Shown: positions 24,402 to 24,513 of the stretch, in pieces
How the letters are laid out: each line of letters opens with the position of its first letter
Numbering within the stretch: position 1 is the stretch's first letter
Virus genome (UHGV): UHGV-0864142
Source: a virus
Direction: 5' to 3' (one strand)
Length of the DNA: 24,513 bases
The notes under the pieces: generated by a model
What the model saw: the letters and a program-made list of their open reading frames with translations, nothing else
Told to the model about the DNA's origin: nothing
Databases searched by the model: none
Made by a program: the position numbers and the translations under genes

Positions 24402-24428
24402 GCCCTCTAATGTGAGGGCGATTTTTTT
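24402..24428 (+). terminator. Intrinsic terminator (GCCCTC-TAATGT-GAGGGC then GATTTTTTTG) within the PL operon
   Basis: Perfect 6-bp GC-rich stem followed by a T7 run, 12 nt before the next RBS and ATG. Expected to be bypassed by N antitermination. Confidence 0.65.
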
Positions 24429-24440
24429 GACGGAGGATAT

Positions 24441-24513
24441 ATGAGTGAAGTAACAGACTTAGTTGTTATTGAAAAAGCAAATGCAATGACTGTATTTCAG
24501 TCTGCCGACCAGA
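24441..24513 (+). CDS. Start of a further early-left-operon gene (first 24 codons; runs off window end)
   Basis: GGAGG SD at 24432-24436, ATG 24441, open to the window end (MSEVTDLVVIEKANAMTVFQSADQ...). Product unknown. Confidence 0.4.
   Translation, partial: MSEVTDLVVIEKANAMTVFQSADQ

Noticed and set aside
1-24513. Integrase, attachment site or prophage-host junction
   Set aside because: No tyrosine or serine recombinase and no host-like genes were seen. Both window ends are still inside phage operons, so the junctions lie outside this window.

Overview
The window is almost entirely one lambdoid prophage, a mosaic of lambda-like and P22/Sf6-like modules; most genes run right-to-left on the minus strand. 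All homology calls below are from reading the translations and recalling reference proteins, not from a database search, and all promoter, operator and terminator calls are by eye. From right to left: (1) the early-left operon on the plus strand (cI-like repressor, a 3-TM membrane protein in the rex position, OL/PL, nutL, N, then AT-rich small cargo genes); (2) OR/PR/PRM, cro, nutR, cII, an O-like initiator with an internal iteron origin, and a DnaB-type helicase; (3) four small genes in the ren position, then a nin region (ninB, Dam-type methyltransferase, ninE, ninX-position gene, ninF, Rha/KilAC antirepressor, YbcO, RusA, ninH); (4) lambda-type late control and lysis (Q, pR'/qut, 6S/tR', S, R, Rz/Rz1); (5) a five-ORF cargo cluster headed by a KilA-N protein; (6) Sf6/P22-type packaging and virion genes (terS, terL, portal, scaffold, coat, gp4, gp10, knobbed tail needle, and the start of the next virion gene). 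No tRNA, rRNA, CRISPR array, integrase or att site was recognised. The best candidates for undescribed function are the uncharacterised cargo genes at four classic moron hotspots: the rex position, the PL-proximal cluster, the ren position, and the lysis-to-terminase gap.
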